DNA of 64,000 nucleotides from Escherichia coli (lineage in GTDB: Bacteria > Pseudomonadota > Gammaproteobacteria > Enterobacterales > Enterobacteriaceae): NCBI RefSeq assembly GCF_044324875.1, contig NZ_CP172185.1. One strand, written 5' to 3'. Made by a program: the position numbers and the translations under genes. The notes beneath the pieces were generated by a model, which had not been told where the DNA came from, did not search any database, and saw only the letters and a program-made list of their open reading frames with translations. Below, one piece after another: positions 9,980-20,417 of this stretch. Positions within the stretch are counted from its first letter, which is position 1, and each line of letters begins with the position of its first letter.

Positions 9980-12900
9980 TTACGCCTCCTCTTCATGACG
10001 AGCAAAGCGGCTTTTGGTCCACAATGCCAGGCGGTCGAATAGCAGATAAATCACCGGCGTGGTGAACAGCGTCAGCACCTGGCTGACAATCAGACCGCCG
10101 ACCATGCCGATACCTAACGGACGACGCAGTTCCGCGCCGACCCCGGTACTCAACATCAGCGGCAGCGCGCCAAGCAGAGCCGCCAGGGTGGTCATCAGGA
10201 TCGGACGAAAACGCAACAGACAAGCCTGGTAGATTGCATCGCGCGGCGACATGCCTTGCTCGCGCTCAGCAGCCAGCGCGAAGTCGATCATCATGATGGC
10301 GTTCTTCTTCACGATACCGATCAGCAAAATAATGCCGATAATTGCAATCACATCCAGTTCGCTACCGGCAATCATTAACGCCAGCAGTGCGCCAACACCT
10401 GCCGTGGGTAGCGTCGAGAGAATGGTGATCGGGTGAATAAAGCTCTCGTACAGAATGCCGAGCACGATATACATCGCCACCACCGCCGCGACAATCAGCC
10501 AGACAGTGCTGCCCAGCGCCGACTGGAAAGCGAGGGTGCTGCCCTGGAACTGCGTGGTGATATCCACCGGCAGATTCAGCGTCTTTTCGGTGTCCATAAT
10601 CGCCTGCACCGCATCGCCCAGCGAATAGTTATCCGGCACGTTAAAGGAGATAGTCGTTACCGGGAACTGATCCAGATGGTTGATGGAGAGCGGCGCAAAA
10701 CGCTGCTCAATTTTGGCAATTGAGCTTAGCGGCACCACGCCGCCGTCGCTGCTGGTCAGGCGAATGGTATCCAGCGCCGCGAGGCCTGGGGTATTTTCGG
10801 TGTTGTGTTCCAGCACCACGCGATACTGGTTAGCCTGAGTATAAATAGTGGAAATCAGCCGCTGACCAAACGCGTTGTACAGGGCGTTATCGACATCCGC
10901 CATGCTGATCCCCAGACGGCTGGCGCTGTCGCGATCAACATTGACATACGCCACCAGCCCTTGGTCCTGCCAGTCGCTGGAGACATCAGAAAGCTGTGGC
11001 AACTGCTGGAGTTTTTCCATCAACTGTGGCACCCAGGTACTGAGCGCATCCAGTGACGTGGCCTGCAAGGTAAACTGGTACTGGGTGCGGCTGACCTGAG
11101 TATCGATGGTCAGGTCCTGCGTTGGTTGCAGGAAGAGATCGACGCCCGGCACTTTATCCACCGCCGTTTGCAGACGGGCGATGACTTTTTGCACCCGGTC
11201 ATCTCGTTCATCCAGTGGTTTGAGATTGATCTGTAAACGCGCACTGTTCAGCGACGGGTTAGTGCCATCAACGCCAACAAATGAGGTCAAACTTTGCACT
11301 GCCGGATCCTGCAAAATCACGTCCGCGACCTGGCGTTGCCGCTGGGCCATATTGGCAAAGGAGCTGGATTGCGGTGCCTGCAAAGTGCCCTGAATAATGC
11401 CGTTGTCCTGCACCGGGAAGAAACCTTTCGGAATGAACACCCACAGCAGCACGCTAAGCAGCAGCGTGCTGAGTGCCACGCTTAAGGTCAGCCACGGATG
11501 ATTCAGCACTTTCGCCAGTCCACGACCATAGGCGGCGATTATCCTGTCGAACATTTTCTCCGAGGCTCGGGAGAAGCGATTCTGTTTACGCAGCGACTCC
11601 TGGCTGAGCATCCGCGCGCACATCATCGGCGTCAGAGTCAGCGACACCACGGCTGAGATCAAAATCGCGACTGCCAGAGTAATAGCAAATTCGCGGAACA
11701 GTCGCCCGACGATATCGCCCATAAATAGCAGTGGGATCAACACTGCAATCAGTGAGAAGGTCAGCGAGATAATGGTAAAGCCGATTTCACCCGCGCCTTT
11801 GAGCGCCGCCGCCAACGGTTTTTCGCCTTTTTCGATATAGCGGGAAATGTTTTCGATCACCACGATGGCGTCATCGACCACAAATCCGGTGGCGATAGTT
11901 AACGCCATCAGCGTCAGGTTATTGATTGAAAAATCGAGAAACACCATGACCGCGAAGGTGCCGATTAACGACAGCGGCACTGCGACGCCGGGAATGATGG
12001 TCGCCGGAATATTACGCAAAAACAGGTAGATAATCATGACTACCAGCGCGATAGCCATCATCAATTCAAACTGAGTATCATCGACGGATGCGCGAATATT
12101 GGTGGTACGGTCAGAAAGTACTGTCACCTTCACCGATTTCGGCAGACTCTCGGTGAGCTGTGGCAGCATCTGCCGGATGCTGTCGGCGGTGGAGATAATG
12201 TTAGCACCGGGCTGGCGCTGAACATTCATCACAATGGCCTGTTCTTTGTTCGCCCACGCGCCGAGCCAGCTGTTTTCTGCTCCTTGCTCTACGGTTGCGA
12301 CATCGCCCAGACGAATCGGCGCGCCGTTCTGGTAGGCGATGATTAGCTGGCGATACTCTTCGGCGGATTGCATCTGGTCGTTAGCGGAAAGCGTAACCGC
12401 ACGGGAAGGGCCGTCGAGGCTACCTTTTGCCGAGTTAACGTTAGCGCCGGTAATGGCGGTGCGCACGGTTTCGCTGGTCAGGCCGAGGGCGGCAATCGCC
12501 TGAGCGTTAAGTTTGACGCGAACAGCCGGACGCTGGCCGCCGGAAAGCGTCACCAGGCCGACGCCGGAAATCTGCGAGATTTTCTGCGCGACGCGGGTTT
12601 CCACCATATCTTCCACTTGCGTCATCGGCATGGCGGTTGAGGTGACGGCGAGCGTCATGATTGGTGGATCTGCCGGGTTCACTTTGCTGTAAACCGGCGG
12701 GTTAGGCAGATCGCTCGGCAACAAGTTGGTCGCAGCGTTAATCGCGGCCTGCACTTCCTGCTCGGCGACATCGAGCGGTAATGTTAGCTGGAACTGCAAA
12801 GTGATAACTGACGCACCGCCGGAACTTTGCGACGACATCTGTTTCAGGCCAGACATCTGCCCAAACTGGCGTTCAAGCGGCGCGGTAACGGCAGAGGTCA

Positions 12901-13102
12901 TGACATCCGGGCTCGCACCTGGGTAGAGCGTGACTACCTGAATGGTCGGATAGTCCACTTCCGGCAGCGCCGAAACGGGCAGGGCTCGATAACCGATAAT
13001 CCCGGCGAGTAAGATCGCCACCATCAGCAGCGTGGTGGCGACAGGACGCATAATAAACAGGCGCGACGGGCCGCCTGTGCTGCTCGGGGGTAACACCTGC
13101 AT
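9980..13102 (-). CDS. mdtB: RND multidrug efflux permease MdtB
   Basis: 1040-aa ORF, RND family, immediately upstream of mdtC (adjacent stop and start). Confidence 0.95.
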   Translation of the reverse strand: MQVLPPSSTGGPSRLFIMRPVATTLLMVAILLAGIIGYRALPVSALPEVDYPTIQVVTLYPGASPDVMTSAVTAPLERQFGQMSGLKQMSSQSSGGASVITLQFQLTLPLDVAEQEVQAAINAATNLLPSDLPNPPVYSKVNPADPPIMTLAVTSTAMPMTQVEDMVETRVAQKISQISGVGLVTLSGGQRPAVRVKLNAQAIAALGLTSETVRTAITGANVNSAKGSLDGPSRAVTLSANDQMQSAEEYRQLIIAYQNGAPIRLGDVATVEQGAENSWLGAWANKEQAIVMNVQRQPGANIISTADSIRQMLPQLTESLPKSVKVTVLSDRTTNIRASVDDTQFELMMAIALVVMIIYLFLRNIPATIIPGVAVPLSLIGTFAVMVFLDFSINNLTLMALTIATGFVVDDAIVVIENISRYIEKGEKPLAAALKGAGEIGFTIISLTFSLIAVLIPLLFMGDIVGRLFREFAITLAVAILISAVVSLTLTPMMCARMLSQESLRKQNRFSRASEKMFDRIIAAYGRGLAKVLNHPWLTLSVALSTLLLSVLLWVFIPKGFFPVQDNGIIQGTLQAPQSSSFANMAQRQRQVADVILQDPAVQSLTSFVGVDGTNPSLNSARLQINLKPLDERDDRVQKVIARLQTAVDKVPGVDLFLQPTQDLTIDTQVSRTQYQFTLQATSLDALSTWVPQLMEKLQQLPQLSDVSSDWQDQGLVAYVNVDRDSASRLGISMADVDNALYNAFGQRLISTIYTQANQYRVVLEHNTENTPGLAALDTIRLTSSDGGVVPLSSIAKIEQRFAPLSINHLDQFPVTTISFNVPDNYSLGDAVQAIMDTEKTLNLPVDITTQFQGSTLAFQSALGSTVWLIVAAVVAMYIVLGILYESFIHPITILSTLPTAGVGALLALMIAGSELDVIAIIGIILLIGIVKKNAIMMIDFALAAEREQGMSPRDAIYQACLLRFRPILMTTLAALLGALPLMLSTGVGAELRRPLGIGMVGGLIVSQVLTLFTTPVIYLLFDRLALWTKSRFARHEEEA

Positions 13103-14349
13103 CAGGAGCGTGCTCCTTTTTTCGCGTATTCGCGGCTGGTGGCTTTCTCTTCCGGAGTGGTGGCGCTCTGGGCTTCCACTACTTCCACTTTCGCCCCTTC
13201 GGTCAGGCGATCAATGCCGTCCGTCACTACGCGGTCGCCCGCAGAAATACCTGCGCGGATCACCACTTTCTGACTGTCCTGAATGCCCGGCGTCACCAGA
13301 TGTTTGCTGACCTTGTTTTCGCTATTCAGCACCCAGACAAAATGGCCTTCGTTGCCCATTTGCAGAGCGGCGGTGGGGATCACCACGGCGTTTTGTTCGG
13401 TGTCGACTAACATACGCGCGTTAACAAACTGATTGGGAAACAGCGCATCATCCTGATTATTAAAGCGGGCTTTCACTTTAATCGTACCGGTAGTGGCATC
13501 GATTTGGTTATCGAGACTTAACAGCGTGCCTTCACTTAATTTCTTCGAGTTGGTGCGATCCCAGGCTTCAACAACCAGCGGTTTTCCGGCTTTTTGCGCC
13601 TGTACTACGGTAGCGATATCGCTTTCCGGCAGGGTAAAGAGCAAATCGATAGGATGCGTCTGGGTGATCACCACGATCCCGGTGGTATCACCACTGGAGA
13701 TTTGGTTACCAACATCAACCTGCTTGAGACCAACGCGACCATCAACTGGTGCAGTAATACGGCTCCAGTCGAGTTGCAGCTGCGCGCTGGCGACGCTTGC
13801 TTCATCAGCCTTAATGGTGCCTTCGGTTTCACTGACCAGCGCTTGTTGGGCATCCAGTTCCTGACGAGATACGAGATTGGTTTTTGCCAGTTGCTGATAA
13901 CGCGCCAGGTCACGGCGGGCGTTGGCAAGCGTGGCTTTATCTTTTGCCAGTTGGCCCTGGGCTTGTGCTAATGCAACTTTGAACTGGCTGGGGTCAATTT
14001 CTGCCAGTAAATCGCCTGCTTTGACCTGCTGGCCTTCCTGGAAATGTAACGCTATCAGTTGGCCGTCCACGCGGCTGCGCACCGTAACGGTATTAGCGGC
14101 GGTAATGGTGCCAAGCCCGGTGAGGTAACGCGGAACTGCCTGTTCTACGGCGGTCGCCGCCTGAACCGGGGCTAATGGGCCGGAACGCATACCACGGCGA
14201 CCACCCGCTGGCGATTGCTGCGCTTGTTTCGTCGCCCCTGGGGCTGCACTCCGGGAGTCATTGCGGCCTTGCCAGAACCAGAATGCGGCGATGGCGGCGA
14301 TAACCACCACGATTACGATTACCCAACGGGATTTATAACTGCCTTTCAT
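13102..14349 (-). CDS. mdtA: RND efflux membrane-fusion (periplasmic adaptor) protein MdtA
   Basis: ORF track gives 13102..14496, but the internal ATG at 14349 yields [25 protein letters not shown] (415 aa), matching recalled MdtA. Long coiled-coil/lipoyl-type adaptor region. The N-terminal extension was rejected. Confidence 0.9.
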   Translation of the reverse strand: MKGSYKSRWVIVIVVVIAAIAAFWFWQGRNDSRSAAPGATKQAQQSPAGGRRGMRSGPLAPVQAATAVEQAVPRYLTGLGTITAANTVTVRSRVDGQLIALHFQEGQQVKAGDLLAEIDPSQFKVALAQAQGQLAKDKATLANARRDLARYQQLAKTNLVSRQELDAQQALVSETEGTIKADEASVASAQLQLDWSRITAPVDGRVGLKQVDVGNQISSGDTTGIVVITQTHPIDLLFTLPESDIATVVQAQKAGKPLVVEAWDRTNSKKLSEGTLLSLDNQIDATTGTIKVKARFNNQDDALFPNQFVNARMLVDTEQNAVVIPTAALQMGNEGHFVWVLNSENKVSKHLVTPGIQDSQKVVIRAGISAGDRVVTDGIDRLTEGAKVEVVEAQSATTPEEKATSREYAKKGARS

Positions 14350-14402
14350 CGTTAAGAGTTTCTCTTCCTGAAACGTTTCGCGGAATGATACTAGTGTAGC
14401 CA

Positions 14403-14420
14403 GCCAATAAGGGAGAAAAA
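14403..14420 (-). promoter_or_regulatory. candidate BaeR-binding box in the mdtA promoter
   Basis: Minus strand reads TTTTTCTCCCTTATTGGC, a near match to the published BaeR box TTTTTCTCCATDATTGGC as I recall it, about 55-70 bp upstream of the mdtA start. Confidence 0.5.
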
Positions 14421-14585
14421 TGGAGGAATTATGAAACACTGTCGGGAATCGTCTGAATGACGGGCACATTTGCGAGCACGCATCCAGTAATAACACATGA
14501 AACTATTTTATCTACGCGTTAGCGATAGACTGCTTGCATGGCGAAAGGAGGTAAGCCGACGATTTCAGCGGGACGCTGAAACGGG

Positions 14586-14727
14586 AAAGCCCCTCCCGAG
14601 GAAGGGGCCTTAAATAAGGAAAGGGTCATGATGAAGTGGATCATCATCGTGGTGCTCTTAGTGATTAGCTACCCAGCATACTAAGACTACCAGGGCGGGG
14701 GAAACCCCGCTCTACCCTCACTCCTGA
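14586..14727 (-). ncRNA. Sib-type antisense sRNA (antitoxin) covering ibs copy 1; ends approximate
   Basis: Sib RNAs are known to be encoded fully antisense to ibs ORFs. A GC hairpin at 14589..14610 on the minus strand is followed by a short T run and could be the Sib terminator. The 5' end is not determinable from sequence. Confidence 0.45.
14628..14684 (+). CDS. Ibs-family type I toxin (18 aa, MMKWIIIVVLLVISYPAY)
   Basis: ATGATG start preceded by aaggaaaggg; 18 hydrophobic codons then TAA; sits inside repeat unit 1. Matches the Ibs toxin family pattern. Confidence 0.75.
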   Translation: MMKWIIIVVLLVISYPAY

Positions 14728-14913
14728 AAGTATGCCTTCACGATAAGATTGTCAATCTGCAGGCTTTGCAGTCTGCGATCCTGCCAGCAAATATTCTTTG
14801 CGAGACGTTACGCAATAATCACACTGGAAACTATTTTATCCGCAAGTCAGCGATAGACTGCATACAGGGCGAAAGGAGGTAAGTCGACGATTTCAGCGGG
14901 ACGCTGAAACGGG

Positions 14914-15055
14914 AAAGCCCCTCCCGAGGAAGGGGCCTTAAATAAGGAAAGGGTCATGATGAAGCTACTCATCATCGTGGTGCTCTTAGTCATAAGCTTC
15001 CCCGCTTACTAAGACTACCAGGGCGGGGGAAACCCCGCTCTACCCTCACTCCTGA
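14914..15055 (-). ncRNA. Sib-type antisense sRNA covering ibs copy 2; ends approximate
   Basis: Placed by position equivalence with copy 1 within repeat unit 2. Confidence 0.45.
14956..15012 (+). CDS. Ibs-family type I toxin (18 aa, MMKLLIIVVLLVISFPAY)
   Basis: Same architecture as copy 1, in repeat unit 2. Confidence 0.75.
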   Translation: MMKLLIIVVLLVISFPAY

Positions 15056-15242
15056 AATTATGCCTTCACGATAAGATTGTCAATCCGCAGGCTTTGCAGT
15101 CTGCGATCCTGCCAGCAAATATTCTTTGCGAGTCGTTACGCAATAATCACAGAGGAAACTATTTTGTTCACGCGTTAGCGATAGACTGCATTCAGGGCGA
15201 AAGGAGGTAAGCCGACGATTTCAGCGGGACGCTGAAACGGGA

Positions 15243-15385
15243 AACCCTCTCCCGGAGAAGAGGGCTTTTAATAAGGAAAGGGTTATGATGAAGCACGTCA
15301 TCATACTGGTGATACTCTTAGTGATTAGCTTCCAGGCTTACTAAGAACACCAGGGGGAGGGGGAAACCTCTCCCTAACCCTCACT
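15243..15385 (-). ncRNA. Sib-type antisense sRNA covering ibs copy 3; ends approximate
   Basis: Placed by position equivalence. Hairpin ccctctcccggagaagaggg replaces gcccctcccgaggaaggggc of unit 1 with compensatory changes. Confidence 0.45.
15285..15344 (+). CDS. Ibs-family type I toxin (19 aa, MMKHVIILVILLVISFQAY)
   Basis: Same architecture in repeat unit 3. Flanking hairpins differ in sequence from units 1-2 but keep complementarity. Confidence 0.75.
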   Translation: MMKHVIILVILLVISFQAY

Positions 15386-15564
15386 CCTGAAATTATGTCA
15401 CTCCGCCCTTAGTGTCAATCGACGGCTCTCCGTTCTTGCGAGGCGAATAGCAAAATTTTCTGCGCCGCCGGGCCTAATTCTGAAAGTTGCTTTGCCTGCT
15501 CATATTTCATTGTTGCAGTCGGTATGATACCGGACCTCAATAATTCTCTAAGAAAGGATTTCTT

Positions 15565-16224
15565 ATGAGCGAACAAATCACGTTTGCCACCAGCGATTTT
15601 GCCAGTAACCCGGAACCACGTTGCCCCTGCATTTTGCTGCTGGATGTTTCTGGTTCTATGAACGGTAGACCCATTAATGAACTTAACGCCGGATTGGTTA
15701 CCTTTCGCGATGAGCTGCTTGCCGATTCGCTGGCCTTAAAAAGAGTGGAACTCGGTATTGTGACGTTCGGCCCGGTGCATGTGGAACAACCCTTTACCAG
15801 CGCCGCTAATTTTTTCCCGCCCATCCTGTTTGCCCAGGGCGATACACCAATGGGGGCCGCCATTACCAAAGCCCTGGATATGGTTGAGGAGCGCAAACGT
15901 GAGTATCGCGCCAATGGTATTTCCTATTATCGCCCGTGGATTTTCCTGATCACCGATGGCGCTCCAACCGATGAGTGGCAGGCTGCCGCCAACAAAGTGT
16001 TTCAGGGGGAAGAAGATAAGAAGTTTGCCTTCTTTTCCATCGGTGTTCAGGGGGCGGATATGAAGACTTTGGCACAAATCAGCGTTCGTCAGCCTTTGCC
16101 ACTGCAGGGATTACAATTCCGTGAACTGTTTAGCTGGTTATCCAGTTCGCTGCGTTCGGTTTCCCGCTCCACGCCGGGAACGGAAGTTGTGCTGGAAGCG
16201 CCAAAAGGCTGGACGTCAGTGTGA
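15565..16224 (+). CDS. yegL: von Willebrand factor A (vWA) domain protein YegL
   Basis: 219-aa ORF with MIDAS-like motif near the N-terminus ([12 protein letters not shown]) and the conserved TDGAPTD motif. AGGA SD upstream. Confidence 0.9.
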   Translation: MSEQITFATSDFASNPEPRCPCILLLDVSGSMNGRPINELNAGLVTFRDELLADSLALKRVELGIVTFGPVHVEQPFTSAANFFPPILFAQGDTPMGAAITKALDMVEERKREYRANGISYYRPWIFLITDGAPTDEWQAAANKVFQGEEDKKFAFFSIGVQGADMKTLAQISVRQPLPLQGLQFRELFSWLSSSLRSVSRSTPGTEVVLEAPKGWTSV

Positions 16225-16982
16225 GCTGGCGTCTGGTCTATGCATCAACCGTTGGAACGTCGCACATCAGCGCGGACTTGCCTTGCCAGGATGCCTGCCA
16301 GATGCAGGTTGCCTGGTTAAATGACCAGCAGCCATTATTGTCGGTATTTGTCGCTGATGGCGCAGGCAGCGTCTCGCAGGGTGGCGAAGGTGCGATGCTC
16401 GCCGTCAATGAAGCGATGGCTTATATGTCGCAAAAAGTGCAGGGCGGGGAATTGGGGCTTAATGATGTCCTCGCAACGGACATTGTGCTGACCATTCGTC
16501 AGCGACTTTTTGCCGAGGCGGAAGCCAAAGAATTAGCGGTTCGCGATTTTGCCTGCACGTTTTTGGGATTGATTTCATCAGCTAATGGCACCTTGATTAT
16601 GCAGATTGGCGATGGCGGCGTGGTGGTAGATTTGGGTCACGGTCTGCAATTGCCTCTCACGCCGATGGTGGGTGAATATGCCAACATGACGCACTTCATT
16701 ACCGATGACGATGCTGTTTCCAGACTGGAAACTTACACCAGCACTGGGCGTGCGCATAAAGTTGCAGCATTTACGGATGGTATCCAGCGACTGGCGTTAA
16801 ATATGCTGGATAATTCTCCTCATGTGCCTTTCTTTACCCCGTTTTTCAATGGACTGGCGTCAGCAACGCAGGAACAACTCGATTTATTACCTGAATTGTT
16901 AAAGCAGTTTTTGTCCAGCCCGGCGGTAAACGAGCGTACGGATGATGATAAAACGTTGGCACTGGCGCTGTGGTTACCATGA
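16221..16982 (+). CDS. pphC: PP2C-family Ser/Thr protein phosphatase PphC (YegK)
   Basis: 253-aa ORF. GTG start overlaps the yegL stop (GTGA). PP2C-like metal-binding motifs ([17 protein letters not shown]). Confidence 0.85.
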   Translation: MSWRLVYASTVGTSHISADLPCQDACQMQVAWLNDQQPLLSVFVADGAGSVSQGGEGAMLAVNEAMAYMSQKVQGGELGLNDVLATDIVLTIRQRLFAEAEAKELAVRDFACTFLGLISSANGTLIMQIGDGGVVVDLGHGLQLPLTPMVGEYANMTHFITDDDAVSRLETYTSTGRAHKVAAFTDGIQRLALNMLDNSPHVPFFTPFFNGLASATQEQLDLLPELLKQFLSSPAVNERTDDDKTLALALWLP

Positions 16983-18919
16983 AACCCACTTTATATACTG
17001 CTACTGGTGAGTGCGTTACGCCAGGCCGTGAACTGGGAAAAGGTGGCGAAGGCGCGGTTTATGATATCGAGGAGTTTGTCGATAGCGTCGCCAAGATTTA
17101 TCACACGCCGCCACCCGCCTTAAAACAGGACAAACTTGCCTTTATGGCTGCGACAGCTGACGCGCAATTGTTGAATTATGTCGCCTGGCCGCAGGCAACG
17201 CTTCACGGTGGACGAGGCGGAAAGGTTATCGGTTTTATGATGCCAAAAGTTTCTGGTAAAGAACCGATTCATATGATCTATAGCCCGGCACATCGTCGCC
17301 AACGTTACCCTCATTGTGCGTGGGATTTTCTACTCTATGTTGCGCGCAATATTGCTTCATCTTTTGCTACGGTTCACGAGCACGGGCATGTCGTGGGTGA
17401 CGTAAACCAGAACAGCTTTATGGTAGGCCGTGACAGCAAAGTGGTGTTGATTGATAGCGACTCCTTTCAGATTAACGCCAATGGCACGCTGCATTTATGC
17501 GAAGTCGGCGTGTCGCATTTTACGCCGCCAGAGCTGCAAACCTTGCCATCATTTGTCGGCTTTGAACGCACCGCGAATCACGATAATTTTGGCCTTGCGT
17601 TGCTGATTTTTCACGTCTTGTTTGGTGGGCGGCATCCTTATTCCGGTGTAACGCTTGTCTCTGATGCGGGTAATGCACTGGAGACGGATATTGCCCATTT
17701 CCGTTATGCCTACGCGTCAGATAATCAGCGACGTGGTTTAAAACCGCCGCCACGATCTATTCCGCTGTCGATGTTACCGGGCGATGTTGAAACCATGTTT
17801 CAGCAGGCATTCACGGAAAGTGGCGTGGCAACCGGGCGTCCGACGGCAAAAGCGTGGGTTGCGGCACTTGATTTACTACGCCAACAGTTAAAGAAATGTA
17901 CCGTTTCGGCAATGCATGTTTACCCCGGTCATTTGACTGACTGCCCGTGGTGTGCGCTGGATAATCAAGGCGTTATCTATTTTATTGATCTCGGCGAAGA
18001 GGTCATTACCACCAGCGGTGATTTTGTGCTGGCGAAAGTCTGGGCGATGGTGATGGCGTCAGTAGCACCGCCAGCATTGCAACTGCCATTACCCGATCAT
18101 TTCCAACTGACTGGCAGGCCGCTTCCTTTAGGCCTGTTACGGCGCGAATACATCATTCTGATTGAGATCGCACTGTCAGCGTTATCGCTGTTGCTTTGCG
18201 GCCTTCAGGCAGAACCGCGTTATATTATTTTGGTTCCTGTGCTGGCGGCTATCTGGATTATTGGCAGCCTGACAAGCAAAGCGTACAAAGCAGAAATCCA
18301 GCAACGCCGTGAGGCGTTTAATCGCGCGAAAATGGACTATGACCATTTAGTCAGCCAGATCCAACGGTTGGGCGGGCTGGAAGGTTTTATCGCCAAACGG
18401 ACGATGCTCGAAAAAATGAAGGACGAAATTCTTGGGTTACCGGAAGAAGAAAAGCGCGATCTGGCAGCACTTCAGGACACCGCAAGGGAACGGCAGAAGC
18501 AGAAGTTTCTGGAGGGATTTTTTATTGATGTTGCCTCTATTCCCGGCGTTGGCCCTGCGCGTAAAGCGGCGTTACGGTCCTTTGGTATTGAAACGGCGGC
18601 AGACGTTACCCGACGGAGCGTTAAGCAAGTTAGAGGTTTTGGTGATCATCTGACCCAGGCGGTTATCGACTGGAAAGCGAGTTGCGAACGCCGTTTTGTT
18701 TTCAGGCCGAACGAAGCGGTAACGCCTGCAGACAGACAAGCGGTAATGGCAAAAATGGCCGCCAAACGACATCGGCTGGAATCGACGTTGACTGTCGGTG
18801 CGACAGAGTTGCAGCGATTCCGCCTTCATGCTCCAGCACGGACCATGCCGTTGATGGAACCGTTACGTCAGGCGGCAGAAAAACTGGCTCAGGCGCAGGC
18901 AGATTTAAGCCGCTGCTGA
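16979..18919 (+). CDS. yegI: eukaryotic-like Ser/Thr protein kinase YegI
   Basis: ATG at 16979 overlaps the pphC stop (ATGA) and gives [11 protein letters not shown]..., matching recalled YegI. Gly-rich loop GKGGEGAVYD and kinase-like core (HVVGDVNQNSFMV), then TM segments and a C-terminal helical region. The ORF-track start at 16970 is a GTG three codons upstream. Confidence 0.85.
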   Translation: MKPTLYTATGECVTPGRELGKGGEGAVYDIEEFVDSVAKIYHTPPPALKQDKLAFMAATADAQLLNYVAWPQATLHGGRGGKVIGFMMPKVSGKEPIHMIYSPAHRRQRYPHCAWDFLLYVARNIASSFATVHEHGHVVGDVNQNSFMVGRDSKVVLIDSDSFQINANGTLHLCEVGVSHFTPPELQTLPSFVGFERTANHDNFGLALLIFHVLFGGRHPYSGVTLVSDAGNALETDIAHFRYAYASDNQRRGLKPPPRSIPLSMLPGDVETMFQQAFTESGVATGRPTAKAWVAALDLLRQQLKKCTVSAMHVYPGHLTDCPWCALDNQGVIYFIDLGEEVITTSGDFVLAKVWAMVMASVAPPALQLPLPDHFQLTGRPLPLGLLRREYIILIEIALSALSLLLCGLQAEPRYIILVPVLAAIWIIGSLTSKAYKAEIQQRREAFNRAKMDYDHLVSQIQRLGGLEGFIAKRTMLEKMKDEILGLPEEEKRDLAALQDTARERQKQKFLEGFFIDVASIPGVGPARKAALRSFGIETAADVTRRSVKQVRGFGDHLTQAVIDWKASCERRFVFRPNEAVTPADRQAVMAKMAAKRHRLESTLTVGATELQRFRLHAPARTMPLMEPLRQAAEKLAQAQADLSRC

Positions 18920-18931
18920 GCCATTTTTCAA

Positions 18932-20284
18932 TTAACGAAACACCACTTCCGCCCAGCGTGCCAGCCCGGCGGTGACGGAGCCAAAGTCATCGCCGCCTGC
19001 AATCGGAATGCCCGGCAACTGTTCTGCCAGCGCTTTTTTAATCAGCGGTGAACGGGCGCTACCGCCGGTCAGATAGATAACATCCGGTTTTTCCTGGGCG
19101 TTATCCAGCGCCAGTTGCACCTGTTCCAGAATCCGCGCCAGTGGCTGGTTGAGGGCGCTTTCCAGCCCTTGCTGGCTAATCAGCGTAGCCAGTTCATCGC
19201 TGATAAACGGCAGTGAGGCGCGGGTTTCCGCTACGCTTGAAAGCGCAATTTTGCTCTCTTCTGCGCTACGTACCAGGCGATAGCTTAAACGCTGACGCCA
19301 GACTTTCTGTAACAGGGCCACTTTTTCCGGTTCGCGGGCATCGCGTACCAGATCGTTAAGCAGACGACCGTTGGCACTACTGTAGAAATCACTTTGCGCA
19401 GGTACGTCGTTGATGGCAACCGCATTCCACCACGGCAGAATCGGCAGGGCGATGCCTTTTTCGGTTTCGCCACCCATGCCCAGTAACGGCATCAGGTTTT
19501 TAAACGCCAGTGCGATATCCAGATCGTTACCGCCAATACGGCAACCACTGTGACCCAGCAGGCTGGCTTCACGATCGAGACGCGAACGCCACTGCGGCCC
19601 CATCAGCAGCAATGAACAGTCAGTCGTACCACCGCCGATATCCACCACCAGCACCCGTTTTTCTTCCTGCAAGGTGGCTTCGTAATCCAGCCCAGCCGCG
19701 ACCGGCTCGTACTGGAATACCACATCCTTAAACCCGGCACGCTTCGCCGCGCGTTCCAGAATCCCCTGCGCCTGGGTGTTTGCTTCATCGCCGCCCAGCC
19801 CCTGGAAGTTGATAGGGCGACCAATCACCGCCTGAGTAATCGCTTCTGGCAGCTGTGCCTGCGCCTGCTGGCGAATGTGCAACATCATTGCGCAGACCAG
19901 ATCCTCAAACAGCGCTACCTGCTGCGGTTTTAAGCCGCTGGCACCGAGGAACGATTTTGGTGATTTCACAAACCACACTTCTTCTGGATCATCAATGTAC
20001 TGTGCCAGTGAGGAAAGACCGAACTGCACGCTTTTCGCCGTAACATCGATATATTCTTCGCGGTTATAACGAATCGCCCGACGCAGCAGCGCCTGCGTTT
20101 CATCGTCGTCTGCCGGAACATCATGATGGCGGTACAGCCATTCGCTTACCGCTTCACGCGTTGGCGCGCAAAGCATTGAAGGCAGCAGCGTGCTGTCGTT
20201 TTCCATTTTCAGTAATTGCGGCTTACCGTCGCGCATGACCGCCACTGAACAGTTTGCTGTACCGTAATCAAAACCAATAAACAC
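18932..20284 (-). CDS. yegD: Hsp70/actin-fold ATPase family protein YegD
   Basis: Probable GTG start at 20284 giving (M)FIGFDYGTANCSVAV (450 aa), matching recalled YegD. Hsp70 phosphate-binding motifs (VDIGGGTTDCS). The ORF-track extension to 20347 is probably not translated. Confidence 0.85.
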   Translation of the reverse strand: MFIGFDYGTANCSVAVMRDGKPQLLKMENDSTLLPSMLCAPTREAVSEWLYRHHDVPADDDETQALLRRAIRYNREEYIDVTAKSVQFGLSSLAQYIDDPEEVWFVKSPKSFLGASGLKPQQVALFEDLVCAMMLHIRQQAQAQLPEAITQAVIGRPINFQGLGGDEANTQAQGILERAAKRAGFKDVVFQYEPVAAGLDYEATLQEEKRVLVVDIGGGTTDCSLLLMGPQWRSRLDREASLLGHSGCRIGGNDLDIALAFKNLMPLLGMGGETEKGIALPILPWWNAVAINDVPAQSDFYSSANGRLLNDLVRDAREPEKVALLQKVWRQRLSYRLVRSAEESKIALSSVAETRASLPFISDELATLISQQGLESALNQPLARILEQVQLALDNAQEKPDVIYLTGGSARSPLIKKALAEQLPGIPIAGGDDFGSVTAGLARWAEVVFR

Positions 20285-20417
20285 GAAATAATCCCCATGC
20301 CGGTGAAGAAGGGGCGTGACTTTAGCGAAATGTTGCCGTCGCGACAACCGGAATATGAAAGCAAAGCGTAACGTCTGAATAACGTTTATGCTGAAAGCGG
20401 ATTAACAAGGAGATGCG

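Larger units (their letters stand above)
14494..15480. repeat. tandem triplication of a ~328-bp unit (Ibs/Sib QUAD-type repeat)
   Basis: Units start near 14494, 14821 and 15149 with near-identical cores (aaactattttatc...agcgatagactgc...gcgaaaggaggtaag.cgacgatttcagcgggacgctgaaacggg...). Each carries a short hydrophobic ORF. Confidence 0.9.

Noticed and set aside
14431-14460. 9-codon ORF (MKHCRESSE) with a strong GGAGG Shine-Dalgarno on the plus strand inside the mdtA promoter region
   Set aside because: The SD-like sequence is simply the reverse complement of the BaeR box/promoter region (ggagaaaaatggagg). The ORF is very short with no hydrophobic or conserved character, so it is most likely coincidental.
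13102-14496. Longer 464-aa reading of mdtA from the ORF track, and similar N-terminal extensions for udk (24885), yegH (30079), wzc (32227), wcaD (37001), cpsG (45013), galF (53797), manB (58681) and yegD (20347)
   Set aside because: Internal starts reproduce the known protein N-termini and/or have better ribosome-binding sites. Several extensions begin with GTG/TTG and overlap the upstream gene.
14494-15480. Possibility that the tandem repeat array is a CRISPR array
   Set aside because: The repeat unit is about 328 bp with an internal small ORF and no short repeat/unique spacer alternation. It matches Ibs/Sib architecture, and no cas genes are nearby.
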